From the NCBI GenBank assembly GCA_964399775.1, contig CAYNSH010000001.1:56370-120369 (forward strand): DNA of 64,000 nt, in the 5' to 3' direction. Within the stretch, counting starts at the first letter, position 1. Each line of letters starts with the position of its first letter. The stretch comes from an uncultured Verrucomicrobiota bacterium (GTDB lineage: Bacteria; Verrucomicrobiota; Kiritimatiellia; CAIQIC01; Lenti-01). Of the stretch, positions 19,323-29,045 are shown in pieces. The notes beneath the pieces were generated by a model. That model saw only the letters and a list, made by a program, of their open reading frames with translations, did not search any database and was not told the origin of the DNA. The position numbers and the translations under genes were made by a program.

Positions 19323-20470
19323 AGATCCTCTTTGCCGCCGATGTGCATCCCGATCCGGATTCCGGCGCCGCCGGCACGGAGCTGCGCACCATCGAGGCGC
19401 TGCGGGAACTGGGCCACGACGTGGATGCGCTCTGGGCCGGCGACCTGCGCCGCCGCATCCGCCACGGCAACCTCCACTATCTGCTCGAACTGCCGTGGGC
19501 CTATCGCGACGCGATTGCGGCGCGCTCGGCGGAGAAACCCTACGACGTGGTCCACGTCAACCAGCCCCAGGCCTGGCTGGCGGCGCGGGAGCACCGTCGC
19601 CTGCGACGACCCGGCGTATTCGTCAACCGCAGCCACGGGTGGGAGCCGCGCATCGCCGAAGCCCTGCGGCCGTGGCGGTGGAAATACGGCGTGCCCGAGT
19701 GGCGCTTTCCGCGCGGCGTGGCCGGCCGCCCGGTCCGGTATGCGCTGCATGGCCTCTATCCGCGCTGGTGCGCCACCGCCAGTGACGGCGTCATCGTGAG
19801 CTGCTCCGAAGATCGCGAATATCTCCTGTCGCACTACGGATTGGCCCCAGACCGCGTCGCCTGCATCCCGCAGGCGCCCGCCCCGGTGTTCACGGCGACG
19901 CCGGTGCCGCCGATGACGCGCGCGCGGCTGAATCGCGTGCTCGTCGCCGGGCAGGTCGCATTCTTCAAGGCGCCGCATGTCGTTGCCGAGACGTTCTCCC
20001 TCCTCGCCGCCCGGAATCCGGATCTGTCGTTCACCTGGTGCTGCCCGGAATCCGCGCACGCCGAATGGCGGGCGCGCCTAACACCTGCCGCCCGCGCGCG
20101 CACCGCGTTCGTCGGCTGGATGCCGCAAGAGCAGCTTGTGCGCCTCTACGACGCGCACGGGATTTTCCTCTTCCCTTCCTACACGGAAGGCTTCGGCAAG
20201 GTCTTTCTCGAAGCCATGGCGCGGGGTCTGTGCGTGGTGGCCTCCGATGCCGCCGGCATGCGCGACGTGATCCGCGACGGCGCCACCGGCCACCTGGTGC
20301 CCCCCGGCCATGCCGCTGAATTCGCCGCGAAGATCGAAGCCGCGCTGGCGGATCCCGGCACGGCGGCGCTCGCCGCGAACGCCACCGCCGCCGCCCGCGC
20401 CTTCACGTGGCGGCGCGTCGCTGAAGAGACCGCCGCCTTCTATAACGGAGTCAGGCCGCGCCTTCTATAA
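19319..20470 (+). CDS. Family 4 (GT-B) glycosyltransferase.
   Basis: MKILFAAD…EGFGKVFLEAMARGLCVVASDAAGMRDVIRDGATGHLV is the EX7E-type motif. ATGA overlap. Confidence 0.75.
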   Translation: MKILFAADVHPDPDSGAAGTELRTIEALRELGHDVDALWAGDLRRRIRHGNLHYLLELPWAYRDAIAARSAEKPYDVVHVNQPQAWLAAREHRRLRRPGVFVNRSHGWEPRIAEALRPWRWKYGVPEWRFPRGVAGRPVRYALHGLYPRWCATASDGVIVSCSEDREYLLSHYGLAPDRVACIPQAPAPVFTATPVPPMTRARLNRVLVAGQVAFFKAPHVVAETFSLLAARNPDLSFTWCCPESAHAEWRARLTPAARARTAFVGWMPQEQLVRLYDAHGIFLFPSYTEGFGKVFLEAMARGLCVVASDAAGMRDVIRDGATGHLVPPGHAAEFAAKIEAALADPGTAALAANATAAARAFTWRRVAEETAAFYNGVRPRLL

Positions 20471-20530
20471 CGGGGTCAGGCCGTAACTATACACTCTAAG
20501 AGAAAAGTGTAAAGTTACGGCCTGACCCCG
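20471..20530. terminator. Long perfect stem-loop (17-bp stem CGGGGTCAGGCCGTAAC … GTTACGGCCTGACCCCG) between convergent genes. Likely a bidirectional terminator. No T-tract.
   Basis: The inverted repeat is seen directly. The loop contains a nested inverted repeat, ACACTCT…AGTGT. Confidence 0.55.
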
Positions 20531-20545
20531 TACGGCGCGGCGGGC

Positions 20546-21532
20546 TCAGCGGGGGCGGGGTTTTGGAAGCAGGCGCTTGAGGGCGACGTAGAGCCGGACG
20601 CCGGCGGGAACGCCGGCGAGGCGCGACAGCGCGCGGAGAATCCGGTTGGGTTCTCGGGGGCGGAAGCCGGACACCAGCTCCCGGCAATGAGCCCATGCGC
20701 GGGCCCATTCGGCGGGATCGTGGCGTGCGAGTACCTGGGCGTCGCGGTAGAAGTATTGCGCGAGGCGCCGCCGCCGTTCGGGCGTCAGCGCATCCTGCGC
20801 GCGCAATCCGTTTTCGACCATTCGGAGCAGTTGCTGGCGTGCGCGGGTGGAGCGCAGGACGACGTCGCCGCCGCGCGTGATGCGCCGGCCGGCGTGGTGG
20901 TTGTAGATGCACGAGGGCCGGTCGAGCGAATGGAACCGCGCGCCGGCCAGGCCAACGGTCAGCGCCCAGCCCCAGTCCTGCGCCTTGGTCCAGGCGGGAT
21001 CCCAGCGCAGCGGGCGGATGAAATCGGCCCGATACAGCGCGGCGTGCACGCACGGTGCAATGCCCAGCAGCATGTCGTCGATGCCGCCGGACAGGTCCGG
21101 CGCGGGACGAAGACGCCGCCGCGTTTCGTCTTCCATGCCATCCGCGCCGAACGTGCGCTCCTCCCATCCGGTCAGCAGGGCGTCGCAGCCAGAGGCGCGC
21201 GCGGCTTCTACTTCTTTCGCCAAGGCGCCAGGCAACAGCTCGTCATCGGAATCCAAAAACTTGACGAATGCCCCGCGCGCCAGCGCGAGGCCGGCATTGC
21301 GCGCGACGCAGGCGCCCTGGTTGTCCTGCCGGACCAGCCGGATGTCGCGGTCGAGCCGGTCGGGGAATTCGCGCGCGAGCGCGGCGCGGAGGTCGTCGGT
21401 GGAGCCGTCGTCCACCACGACGATTTCCACTGCGCCCGTTTGTTCGAGGCACGAGCGCACGGCGCGGCACAGCTCCGCCGGCCGGTTGAAAACCGGAATC
21501 ACCACGCTAACGTCGGGGCGTTCCGGGCTCAT
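20546..21532 (-). CDS. Family 2 glycosyltransferase.
   Basis: VSVVIPVFNRPAELCRAVRSCLEQT…VVVDDGSTDD. The start is at MSPERPD (codon 47 of ORF 20546..21670), which overlaps the stop of the upstream minus-strand gene in an ATGA. Confidence 0.7.
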   Translation of the reverse strand: MSPERPDVSVVIPVFNRPAELCRAVRSCLEQTGAVEIVVVDDGSTDDLRAALAREFPDRLDRDIRLVRQDNQGACVARNAGLALARGAFVKFLDSDDELLPGALAKEVEAARASGCDALLTGWEERTFGADGMEDETRRRLRPAPDLSGGIDDMLLGIAPCVHAALYRADFIRPLRWDPAWTKAQDWGWALTVGLAGARFHSLDRPSCIYNHHAGRRITRGGDVVLRSTRARQQLLRMVENGLRAQDALTPERRRRLAQYFYRDAQVLARHDPAEWARAWAHCRELVSGFRPREPNRILRALSRLAGVPAGVRLYVALKRLLPKPRPR

Positions 21533-22734
21533 GCGGAAGCCTCCGACAGGAACGTCTCCATGCGCCGCAGATATGGGAGGAAGCGCTCGCGGAACACGTC
21601 CGCATAGGCATACTCCGGGCGCCCGAGCTGGTAGTGGCCTAGGTTCAGGCCGACGAGCAGGAACAGCCATTCGGCGGCGCGTCGGATGTCCGGGTGGGCT
21701 TCCGGGCCATGGAAGCGGGCGATGGAGGTGGCGATGACGGCGGCAAGATCGCCGTCATGGAGCGCCAGCACCGACTCCAGGGCGTTGAAGAGGAAGTAGG
21801 CGAGGTCGTAGCTGAGGAACCCCATGCCGCCGCCGGCGTAGTCCAGCAGCACCAGCTCCCCGTCCTGCACCAGCAGGTTCTGGAGGCTGAAATCGCTGTG
21901 GTTGAAGCCTTCCGGCAGCGCCGCCAGCCGGGTTCGCACGCGGTCTTCATGGGCCGCCAGCCAGCCGAATACATGGCGGAACCGCGCCTGGTCCTCCGGT
22001 GGCAGTCCGTCTGGAATGTCGTCGGGGCGGATGGCAAACACGCTGGTGACCCGATCGCGCCGCCGCGCCACCCGCAGGGTCGAGAGCGTGCGGGCGAGGT
22101 CCACGACGGCATGAAATTCGTCCAGGGTCTTCAAGGGCGGGTGTCCGCCGGAAATGTACGGGTAGGCCGCGGCGGTGAATCCGCCGATGGGGCCGGTCCA
22201 CAGCAGCGCGGGCACGCGGATGCCGCGCTCATCGAGTTGGCGGCGGATGTCCGGGTTTTCTTCCAGATGTACGCAGACTTTCAGAAAGATGGTGGCGTCG
22301 TCGGCGTGGGTGCGCGCGATGGTCATTTTGTCCAGAAACAGGCTGGCCAGTCCGCGGTAGGGCAAGATGTCGTGGGTGAACCGCGTGGCGTCGGCGAAGC
22401 CGATGGCCTGGCACAAGCCCCGCAGGGCCACGGCGTGTGCATCGAGAAATCCGGTGGCGAGGATGGCGATGAAATCGCGGTAGGCGTCTTCGGGCAGATG
22501 GCTGCTCTTGGCGAGGTGGAAGAGGAAGCGCAGTTCGCCGGGGCGGAACCGGCCGGCCGGGTGGGCGGCGGTGGCGCGGCGCAGCGCCTCGGGGTCGCGC
22601 TCCAGCAGCGCGCGCAGCACGGCGGCGCGTCCGGCGAACAGCAGCGCGGGCGGCACCAGCCGGGACAGCAGCGGATGCGCATGGATTTTCCGGCGCAAGC
22701 GAAGTCCAAGAGCCTGGGGCAAGAGCGGGGTCAT
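21529..22734 (-). CDS. APH-like (aminoglycoside/choline-kinase fold) phosphotransferase.
   Basis: The C-terminal 401 aa of the long ORF 21529..24912. Brenner motif HSDFSLQNLLVQDGELVLLDYAGGG. Start MTPLLPQ overlaps the GT4 stop. Confidence 0.6.
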   Translation of the reverse strand: MTPLLPQALGLRLRRKIHAHPLLSRLVPPALLFAGRAAVLRALLERDPEALRRATAAHPAGRFRPGELRFLFHLAKSSHLPEDAYRDFIAILATGFLDAHAVALRGLCQAIGFADATRFTHDILPYRGLASLFLDKMTIARTHADDATIFLKVCVHLEENPDIRRQLDERGIRVPALLWTGPIGGFTAAAYPYISGGHPPLKTLDEFHAVVDLARTLSTLRVARRRDRVTSVFAIRPDDIPDGLPPEDQARFRHVFGWLAAHEDRVRTRLAALPEGFNHSDFSLQNLLVQDGELVLLDYAGGGMGFLSYDLAYFLFNALESVLALHDGDLAAVIATSIARFHGPEAHPDIRRAAEWLFLLVGLNLGHYQLGRPEYAYADVFRERFLPYLRRMETFLSEASA

Positions 22735-23861
22735 GGCCGGAGATCCGTCCGGAGGCTTTCGTAGAGGGCGGCGATGGCGCGGGCAACATCGGGCCAGCCG
22801 TGTGTTTGGCGGCGGGCGGCCAGCCGCGCGATCCGGGCCTGGTACTCTTCCGGCGCGGACTCGATCAGGCGTCGGGCCTGTCGCAGCGCTTCCTGCAGGC
22901 CGGCAACGGTGGGTTCGAAATAGAGAGCGGTGTCGCCCAGCACTTCCCGGGCATAGGGGGTGTCGGTGGTGAGTTGCGGCTTGAGAAATGTCTCGGACGT
23001 GTGCGGGCCGCCGCTGGTCAGTTGTTCGGGGTCCGGCGCGTAGAGCAGGAAATCGGCGGCGCGGACCGTGCGCGACAATCCGGCCTGGTCGAGGCGGCCC
23101 AGGAAGCGGACTCGGGGGCCGCCCCGCGCGGCAAGGGGGTTGAGTTCGGACGGGGAGCCACCCCCCACCACCAGCAGGCGGCAGTCGGAATTCGGCAATC
23201 CGGCGACGGCATCCACCAGCAACTCCAGGTTTTTTCGCGGTCCAATCGTGCCCACGGTCAGCAGCACCAGGCCGGCCGGGGGCAGGTCTAGATCGCGGCG
23301 GGCGGCGGCCGGGGTCAGGTCGGCCGGGGCTTCGTCGGGAAAGACGCCGAAGGGGATCACGGCGTGGCGGCAGCCGGGGCGGAAGGCATAGGCGGCCTGG
23401 GCCTGCGCTTCGCCCCAGCGGGAATGGTGGATGGCTCCATCCGCCCGCTCGGCCACCGCGCGGTACAACTGGTCGGCGGCGGCGAGTTCCTCCCCGGCGG
23501 CGCCGTGGGGCCGCAGGTTGTGCAGCGTCCAGACCAGGCGGATGCCGGCGGAGCGGATGTGCTCCAGCGCGCCGGTGGTTTCCCGGAGCCACCGCTCCCG
23601 TTCGCCGGTGCGGCCGGCAGCCAGCAACCGGATGCGCCGGACCAGCCGTGGGAAAAGCCCGTGCACGGCCTGGCGGCACCAGGCTTCGGGCCAGTGCAGA
23701 TGCACCACGTCGGGTTGGGCCGCCAAAACTCCAGGCAGCGCGTCGGGCAGGTAGGTGCCCCAGCCCCAGTCCCGCGGATCGACCGCGACGCCCGTCTCCC
23801 GCAATGCGCGGATCAGGGACTGCTGATACCAATGGGTGTTGGGGAGGTGGACGATCTTCAT
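22731..23861 (-). CDS. Family 4 glycosyltransferase.
   Basis: MKIVHLPNTHWYQQSLIRALRETG…FLLYAPDPEQ. Start at codon 14 of ORF 22731..23900. Confidence 0.65.
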   Translation of the reverse strand: MKIVHLPNTHWYQQSLIRALRETGVAVDPRDWGWGTYLPDALPGVLAAQPDVVHLHWPEAWCRQAVHGLFPRLVRRIRLLAAGRTGERERWLRETTGALEHIRSAGIRLVWTLHNLRPHGAAGEELAAADQLYRAVAERADGAIHHSRWGEAQAQAAYAFRPGCRHAVIPFGVFPDEAPADLTPAAARRDLDLPPAGLVLLTVGTIGPRKNLELLVDAVAGLPNSDCRLLVVGGGSPSELNPLAARGGPRVRFLGRLDQAGLSRTVRAADFLLYAPDPEQLTSGGPHTSETFLKPQLTTDTPYAREVLGDTALYFEPTVAGLQEALRQARRLIESAPEEYQARIARLAARRQTHGWPDVARAIAALYESLRTDLRP

Positions 23862-24006
23862 TCCACACCGAAGTCTGGCACATGGAGGGGGGCGAAACAA
23901 TTCGTTTGTGCAACGGGGTGTTTCCTGGGCGAAAGGAACTTGAATTGGCCTGCCCAGCCGCTACATTCAGGGACAACCGGATCCGCGGCGCGGAGAAAGG
24001 TCGGCG

Positions 24007-24789
24007 ATGAAGGGTGTCGGGTTTTTGCGGAACGTGTGGAAGGAACTGCCCCATTTGAACCTGGGGTCTTCGCTGCGCTACGTGCGGATGATGGCCGGGC
24101 GGGGCGGGGAGACCGTCCGCCTCCATCCCCGGCACCATCCCGGTCTCTCCTTCGATATCCGCGCTGCTGGCTCGGACCGCTGGACGTTTCGCGAAATCTT
24201 CGTGCACGAAGTCTATCGCGAGGTGGTGGAGCAGGTCGGGCACGCCCGGCGCTTCGTGGACCTGGGCGCGAATATCGGATTGGCCAGCCTCTATTTTCTG
24301 GAAAGATTCCCGGAGGCGCAGGGGCTCGCGGTCGAAGCCAATCCCGCCACCTTCGCCATGCTGGAGCGCAACCTGGCCGGCGAATGCGCCAAGGGCCGCG
24401 CCTGCCTGTTCCTGGGCGCCGCGTGGTCCCGGGATGGTGCGGTGGCGGGCGATGACGGCGGATCGCCGGACGGATTCAGCCGCTTCAGCGTGCGATCCGT
24501 TCCGGCGACGACGGCGGGCGGGGCCGGGCTCATCCCCGCGCGGCGCGTGGAAACCCTGCTGGATGCACAAGGCTGGGACCGGGTGGATTTGATCAAGATC
24601 GACATCGAAGGCGCCGAAGTCGAACTGTTCCGGGGCGGGGCGGATTGGCTGGAGCGTACGCACTGCGTGGCGATGGAATTCCACGACGATTCCGCCCGCC
24701 AGTGCGACTGGCCCGCCGTGCTGGCCCGCCACGGCATGCGGGAGATCAAAACGGGGGATCCCCACACCGCAATCGGAATCCGGGGCTGA
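24007..24789 (+). CDS. FkbM-family methyltransferase.
   Basis: FVDLGANIGLASLYF and …VDLIKIDIEGAEVELF are the FkbM signatures. Confidence 0.75.
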   Translation: MKGVGFLRNVWKELPHLNLGSSLRYVRMMAGRGGETVRLHPRHHPGLSFDIRAAGSDRWTFREIFVHEVYREVVEQVGHARRFVDLGANIGLASLYFLERFPEAQGLAVEANPATFAMLERNLAGECAKGRACLFLGAAWSRDGAVAGDDGGSPDGFSRFSVRSVPATTAGGAGLIPARRVETLLDAQGWDRVDLIKIDIEGAEVELFRGGADWLERTHCVAMEFHDDSARQCDWPAVLARHGMREIKTGDPHTAIGIRG

Positions 24790-24792
24790 ACC

Positions 24793-26268
24793 ATGGCCGG
24801 GTTCGAGATCAAGTGTGCGGATTGGCCGGGGCAGTTTTGCCTGTGCCGCGATTCGCGCGACGTGTCCTCCGACTGGCCGGTTCTCCGCTTGGCCGGATGG
24901 GTCTTGCGGCATTGTCCCACCTTGCCGGTAGCCCCCTTGGCCGATGCCGGCGGCCAGCCGGTTGGCTGGTTGCTAGGCTATCCAATCTCGCCGGAAGGCC
25001 GGTTGATCGAGAACGCCTGCGCGCTGGAGACCCAGGCGACAGACGCGAATTTCGCCGCCTCCGCCGAAGCTTGGATCGCGCGGTTGGCCGGCCGCTATGC
25101 GGCGATTCTCCTGGCACCATCATGTGCGCGTGTCTACACCGATCCGGGCGCGCAGCGCCCCGTCGTGTACCATGCGGCCGAACAGATCGTGGCGTCGTCC
25201 GTCTGCCTGGCCGCCCCGGACCCGGATTGGGATGAAAAGTTGATGGGAATTGTGGACGTGGTGCGGCGGGATGGCTGGTATCCGTTCGGCCTGTCGCCGG
25301 ATCGCCGGGTCCGGCGCCTGCTTCCCAACCACCGCCTGGACCTGGACGATTTCAGCGCGGCCCGCTTTTGGCCCGGCCCGCAGGACGTGGATTTCGGATG
25401 CGCCCGGGACATCCGCGAGTGCATTTCACGCATCGCGGCCAAGGCGGAAGCCAACATCGCGGCGGTGGCGGCGTGCCATCCAATCGACATGGCGCTCACC
25501 GGGGGGCGGGACTCCCGGATCCTGCTGGCTCTCTCGAAACGCCATTTGTCCCGCATCGACTTTTTTACAATCGGACTGCCCGATGCGTCGGGCGCGCGCG
25601 ATGGCCGCATCGCCACCGAACTGGCCCGGCGGTTCGGGCTCCGCCATCGGATACTGGAGTGGCGGGAGTCGTCGCGGGAGGTCCTGGACGTTTGGCAGAA
25701 GAGGGTGGGGTTGAGTTGTGCCGGCCGGACATGGAAATCGGCGACCACCCTGGTCCAACTGGATCCCACCCGGGCCGTGGCGTACGGATTTTTCGTCGAG
25801 GTGGGGCGCTGCCAGGGTTGGCGGGAGTCCGATTTTTCCGCCGGGCCCCTCGCGCCGGAGGAATTGCTGGAGCGGCAGAAGCTGCCCATCCAGGGGCGGC
25901 TGGTGGCGGAGGCGGCCCGGTGGCTGGCCGGCCTGCCTCTGGCCAGCCGGCTCGATGTTCTCAGCCTGGCCCACATCGAGTTAAAAATGGGCTGCTGGTC
26001 CGGTGTCGGCTTCGATGGCAATACGGGCCGGATCGTGATTCCGTTTTGCGACCGGGAAATCTTCCGCCGGATGCTTCAACTTCCGCCCCGCTACCGGTTC
26101 GAGCAGCGGATGACCCTCGATCTGATCCGGAGCCGCTGGCCCGCCCTGTTGCGGCTGCCGTTCAACCGCGAGCCTGGCTGGCGCAACGCCGTGGCGGAAT
26201 GGCTGGCCCAGCAGGCGCGTGAACATCCCCGGGCGGCCCGAACAGCCCGATTTTTGCTCCGGCGGTAA
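24793..26268 (+). CDS. Asparagine-synthetase-B-like PP-loop protein lacking an N-terminal glutaminase Cys (amidotransferase-like).
   Basis: ALTGGRDSRILLAL resembles the AsnB SGGLDSS PP-loop. No N-terminal MCG motif. Confidence 0.45.
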   Translation: MAGFEIKCADWPGQFCLCRDSRDVSSDWPVLRLAGWVLRHCPTLPVAPLADAGGQPVGWLLGYPISPEGRLIENACALETQATDANFAASAEAWIARLAGRYAAILLAPSCARVYTDPGAQRPVVYHAAEQIVASSVCLAAPDPDWDEKLMGIVDVVRRDGWYPFGLSPDRRVRRLLPNHRLDLDDFSAARFWPGPQDVDFGCARDIRECISRIAAKAEANIAAVAACHPIDMALTGGRDSRILLALSKRHLSRIDFFTIGLPDASGARDGRIATELARRFGLRHRILEWRESSREVLDVWQKRVGLSCAGRTWKSATTLVQLDPTRAVAYGFFVEVGRCQGWRESDFSAGPLAPEELLERQKLPIQGRLVAEAARWLAGLPLASRLDVLSLAHIELKMGCWSGVGFDGNTGRIVIPFCDREIFRRMLQLPPRYRFEQRMTLDLIRSRWPALLRLPFNREPGWRNAVAEWLAQQAREHPRAARTARFLLRR

Positions 26269-26296
26269 AGCGTCTCGGAGTCATGAGGAGGTCGGA

Positions 26297-27424
26297 ATGA
26301 GTGTTGCGGTTCGCTGGAGGACAGGGTTGGCCCGCCTGTCCTTGATGGGGCTGGCCCTAATGGCATCCCTGTTGCTGGCCGAAGGCATTGTGCGTGTGGT
26401 CGCCCCGCAACCGCTGAGCGGCTCCTGGCGCGTGGCGACTCCCTCCGGCCTGCTGGTCAACAAATCATCCGGTACGGCGCGGCATCAAGGCGGCGGGCGA
26501 ACGGTCCGGTACCGCTTTCATGAGCCCCATGTGCGGGATACGCCTTGGGTGCCGTCCGCGCGGCGGATTCTGCTCCTCGGCGATTCCTTCGCCTTTGGAT
26601 GGCTCCTGCATAAGGAAGAAACCATGGCCTGGCATCTGCAGCAACATGCGGATGCCGCCGTTGGAAAGGGGCAACTTCACTTCCTCAACGCGGCCGCCGG
26701 CGGGTGGGGTACGGCCCACTGCCTGGCGTTCCTGCAGGAGATCGGCGACCGGATTCAGCCGCATGCGGTCGTGGTCATTCTCAACACGGATGACATCGGG
26801 CGCAGCATTCGCAGCGGACTGTATGCGCGGAAGGACGGGGATCCGCCGCATTTGATCCGCCAAGCCGTCGGCCGCAGCCGGAAAAAGGAGCTGCTCAATG
26901 AGTGGCCCGGCTACCAATATCTCTTGGAGCATTCCCACCTGCTGCAGCTTGTCCGGCGCTATGAGGTGGCCAGGAGGCCGTCCGGCCGATCCGGAGGGCG
27001 CACGAGTGCGCCGTCAGCGGATCCATCCGTTCCGGATATTCCGATCCCGTCCTCCCAAGACATGGATGTGGCCGGCACAGAGGCCCAACGCTGGGGACGA
27101 GCGCTGTTTCGGGAAATCCAGCGCTGGTGCGCCGAACGGAATGTGGCCTTGTATGTCGCCACAACGGGGCGTCATGGCGCCATGCCCTCTACCCGGAACG
27201 AGGAACCCACCCATGCCTTCATGCGGCAGGCGTCCGCCATTTTTGCCGAAACGGGCATTCCGTTCCAGGACATCTCCCCGGACTTCCTGGCAATTCCCGA
27301 GCCGGATCGTGCGGCCCATTCGATTCCCGGCGATGGCCATCCTTCCCCGCTGGGCAGTCGCTTCATCGCCGAGCGAATCTGGACGACGCTTCTGAAAGAT
27401 CGATTGCTGGCGGATGGGATATAG
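26297..27424 (+). CDS. Membrane-anchored SGNH/GDSL hydrolase (putative polysaccharide O-acyl esterase/transferase).
   Basis: N-terminal TM helix. RILLLGDSFAFGW (block I) and GDGHPSP (block V). GAGGAGG lies upstream of the ATG at codon 27. Confidence 0.65.
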   Translation: MSVAVRWRTGLARLSLMGLALMASLLLAEGIVRVVAPQPLSGSWRVATPSGLLVNKSSGTARHQGGGRTVRYRFHEPHVRDTPWVPSARRILLLGDSFAFGWLLHKEETMAWHLQQHADAAVGKGQLHFLNAAAGGWGTAHCLAFLQEIGDRIQPHAVVVILNTDDIGRSIRSGLYARKDGDPPHLIRQAVGRSRKKELLNEWPGYQYLLEHSHLLQLVRRYEVARRPSGRSGGRTSAPSADPSVPDIPIPSSQDMDVAGTEAQRWGRALFREIQRWCAERNVALYVATTGRHGAMPSTRNEEPTHAFMRQASAIFAETGIPFQDISPDFLAIPEPDRAAHSIPGDGHPSPLGSRFIAERIWTTLLKDRLLADGI

Positions 27425-27476
27425 CCGCCCCGGCACGAATGGAAAGATGCAGGACACTGGCCACGAATGCCGGGAA

Positions 27477-28466
27477 ATGGTAGAAAACAAGCCAATTCCC
27501 ATGCAAACCTTCCAACAGCCTGAACGGGGAGATTCTTGCGTCGGCGTGGTCATTCCCACCTATCGGCGCGGCGCGGTGCTGCTGGAGACGCTGACGCATC
27601 TTCTTGAACTGGTTCCGCCGCCGGACGAAATCGTGGTGGTCGACCAAACCGAGGTCCATCCCCCCGATGTGGAAGAGACCTTGCAGGAGTGGGAGCGGGG
27701 GGGGCAGTTGCGGCGGTTGCGGATTTCGCCGCCCTCGATCCCGTGCGCGATGAATGCCGGCCTGCTGCAGGCCCGCGGTGGGATTGTCCTGTTTTTGGAC
27801 GACGATCTTGTGCCGGAGCCGGGGCTGATCGCGCACCACCGGCAAGCGCATGCGGAGCATCCCGACGCCTGGGCGGTCGTGGGCCAGGTGCTGCAGCCCG
27901 GAGAGGAGCCTTCCGCGTCGCCCCCGAGCCGCAAGGGGGGCAGCGCGCTCCGGCGCGATCTGGATTTTGCGTTCAATGGCATCGAACCGGCATGGGTGGA
28001 GAACGTCATGGCCGGCAATCTATCGGTCAAGCGCAGCCAGGCTTTGGCCGTTGGCGGATTCGATGAAAACTTCATCCCGCCGGTGTCGTTCCGATTTGAA
28101 ACCGAGTTTGCCCGGCGGCTGGTGGCCGCCGGCGGAAAAATCTGGTTCGAGCCGCAGGCGGCCATCCGCCATCTGCGTGCGGGCAGCGGCGGGACCCGCG
28201 CACGGGGAGGCCACATGGCCAGCGCTTCGCCCCTGCACGGCGTCGGCGACACCTACTATGCCCTGCGGCGCGGTCGCGGCTGGGACAGACTTTGGCATAT
28301 TCTCAAGCGGCCATTCCGCGAGGTCTGCACGAAATACCACCTGCGGCGTCCATGGTGGATTCCGGTCAAGTTCATCGGCGAACTCCGGGCGCTGGTGCTG
28401 GCGATCCGTCTGCATCGGGCAGGACCAAAGCTCCTAACCACGAAGGATGCGAGCGCGCACGAGTAG
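27477..28466 (+). CDS. Family 2 glycosyltransferase.
   Basis: CVGVVIPTYRRGAVLLETL…VVVDQTE…DDD. Start choice is uncertain: ATG 27447, 27477 and 27501 are all possible. Confidence 0.6.
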   Translation: MVENKPIPMQTFQQPERGDSCVGVVIPTYRRGAVLLETLTHLLELVPPPDEIVVVDQTEVHPPDVEETLQEWERGGQLRRLRISPPSIPCAMNAGLLQARGGIVLFLDDDLVPEPGLIAHHRQAHAEHPDAWAVVGQVLQPGEEPSASPPSRKGGSALRRDLDFAFNGIEPAWVENVMAGNLSVKRSQALAVGGFDENFIPPVSFRFETEFARRLVAAGGKIWFEPQAAIRHLRAGSGGTRARGGHMASASPLHGVGDTYYALRRGRGWDRLWHILKRPFREVCTKYHLRRPWWIPVKFIGELRALVLAIRLHRAGPKLLTTKDASAHE

Positions 28467-28633
28467 AAAACCATGACGATCCGGGGACCTGGCAACCACG
28501 AATGGCACGAATGAACACGAATAGAGAACGGATCCGGGGTTTTACCATTCGTGTAGATTCGAGTGATTCGTGGTTGGCTGTCTTGATAGAAATCCAGTAA
28601 CCACGAATAGCACGAATGAACACGAATAGGAGG
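28466..28633. repeat. Left copy of a ~170-bp repeat flanking the GxxExxY gene. It consists of CACGAAT(A/G)-type heptamer arms in inverted orientation around GAGAACGGATCCGGGGTTTTA.
   Basis: About 95% identical to 29046-29215. The internal inverted repeat AACCACGAAT…/…ATTCGTGGTT is seen directly. Confidence 0.8.
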
Positions 28634-28641
28634 GCATCAAA

Positions 28642-29019
28642 ATGACCGAACTCATCTACAAGGAGGAAGCCTATCAAATTGTCGGAGCCGCAATGGACGT
28701 ATACAACACGATGGGAAACGGGTTTGTTGAGCCGGTTTATCAAGAATGCGTGGAAATCGAACTTGGCCTGCGTGGAATTTCTTTTGAACAGCAGGTTCCC
28801 ATCCCGCTCGACTACAAGAGTCGTCGGCTGAAACAACAATATATTCCGGATTTGACCTGCTTTGGCAGTATCATTGTCGAGCTCAAGGCGGTCAAATCCA
28901 TCGTGGATGAGCATCGCGCCCAGCTTCTTAATTATTTGAAGGCGACCGGGCTGCACCTCGGCATGCTGGTGAACTTTGGGGCCTATCCCAAGCTGGAATG
29001 GGAGCGCATGGTACTTTGA
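28642..29019 (+). CDS. GxxExxY-family protein (small PD-(D/E)xK-like).
   Basis: MTELIYKEEAYQIVGAAMDVYNTMGNGFVEPVYQE…LLNYLKATGLHLGMLVNF matches the family. AGGAGGG lies upstream. Confidence 0.75.
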   Translation: MTELIYKEEAYQIVGAAMDVYNTMGNGFVEPVYQECVEIELGLRGISFEQQVPIPLDYKSRRLKQQYIPDLTCFGSIIVELKAVKSIVDEHRAQLLNYLKATGLHLGMLVNFGAYPKLEWERMVL

Positions 29020-29045
29020 GGCATACCCACGAATGGTTAGAGATA

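Noticed and set aside
21529-24912. 1127-aa single minus-strand ORF.
   Set aside because: Only the C-terminal 401 aa (APH-like kinase) is credible. Upstream of that, the frame is Pro/Arg/Gly low complexity, antisense to the FkbM and AsnB-like genes. A separate in-frame GT4 gene (22731-23861) occupies another frame.
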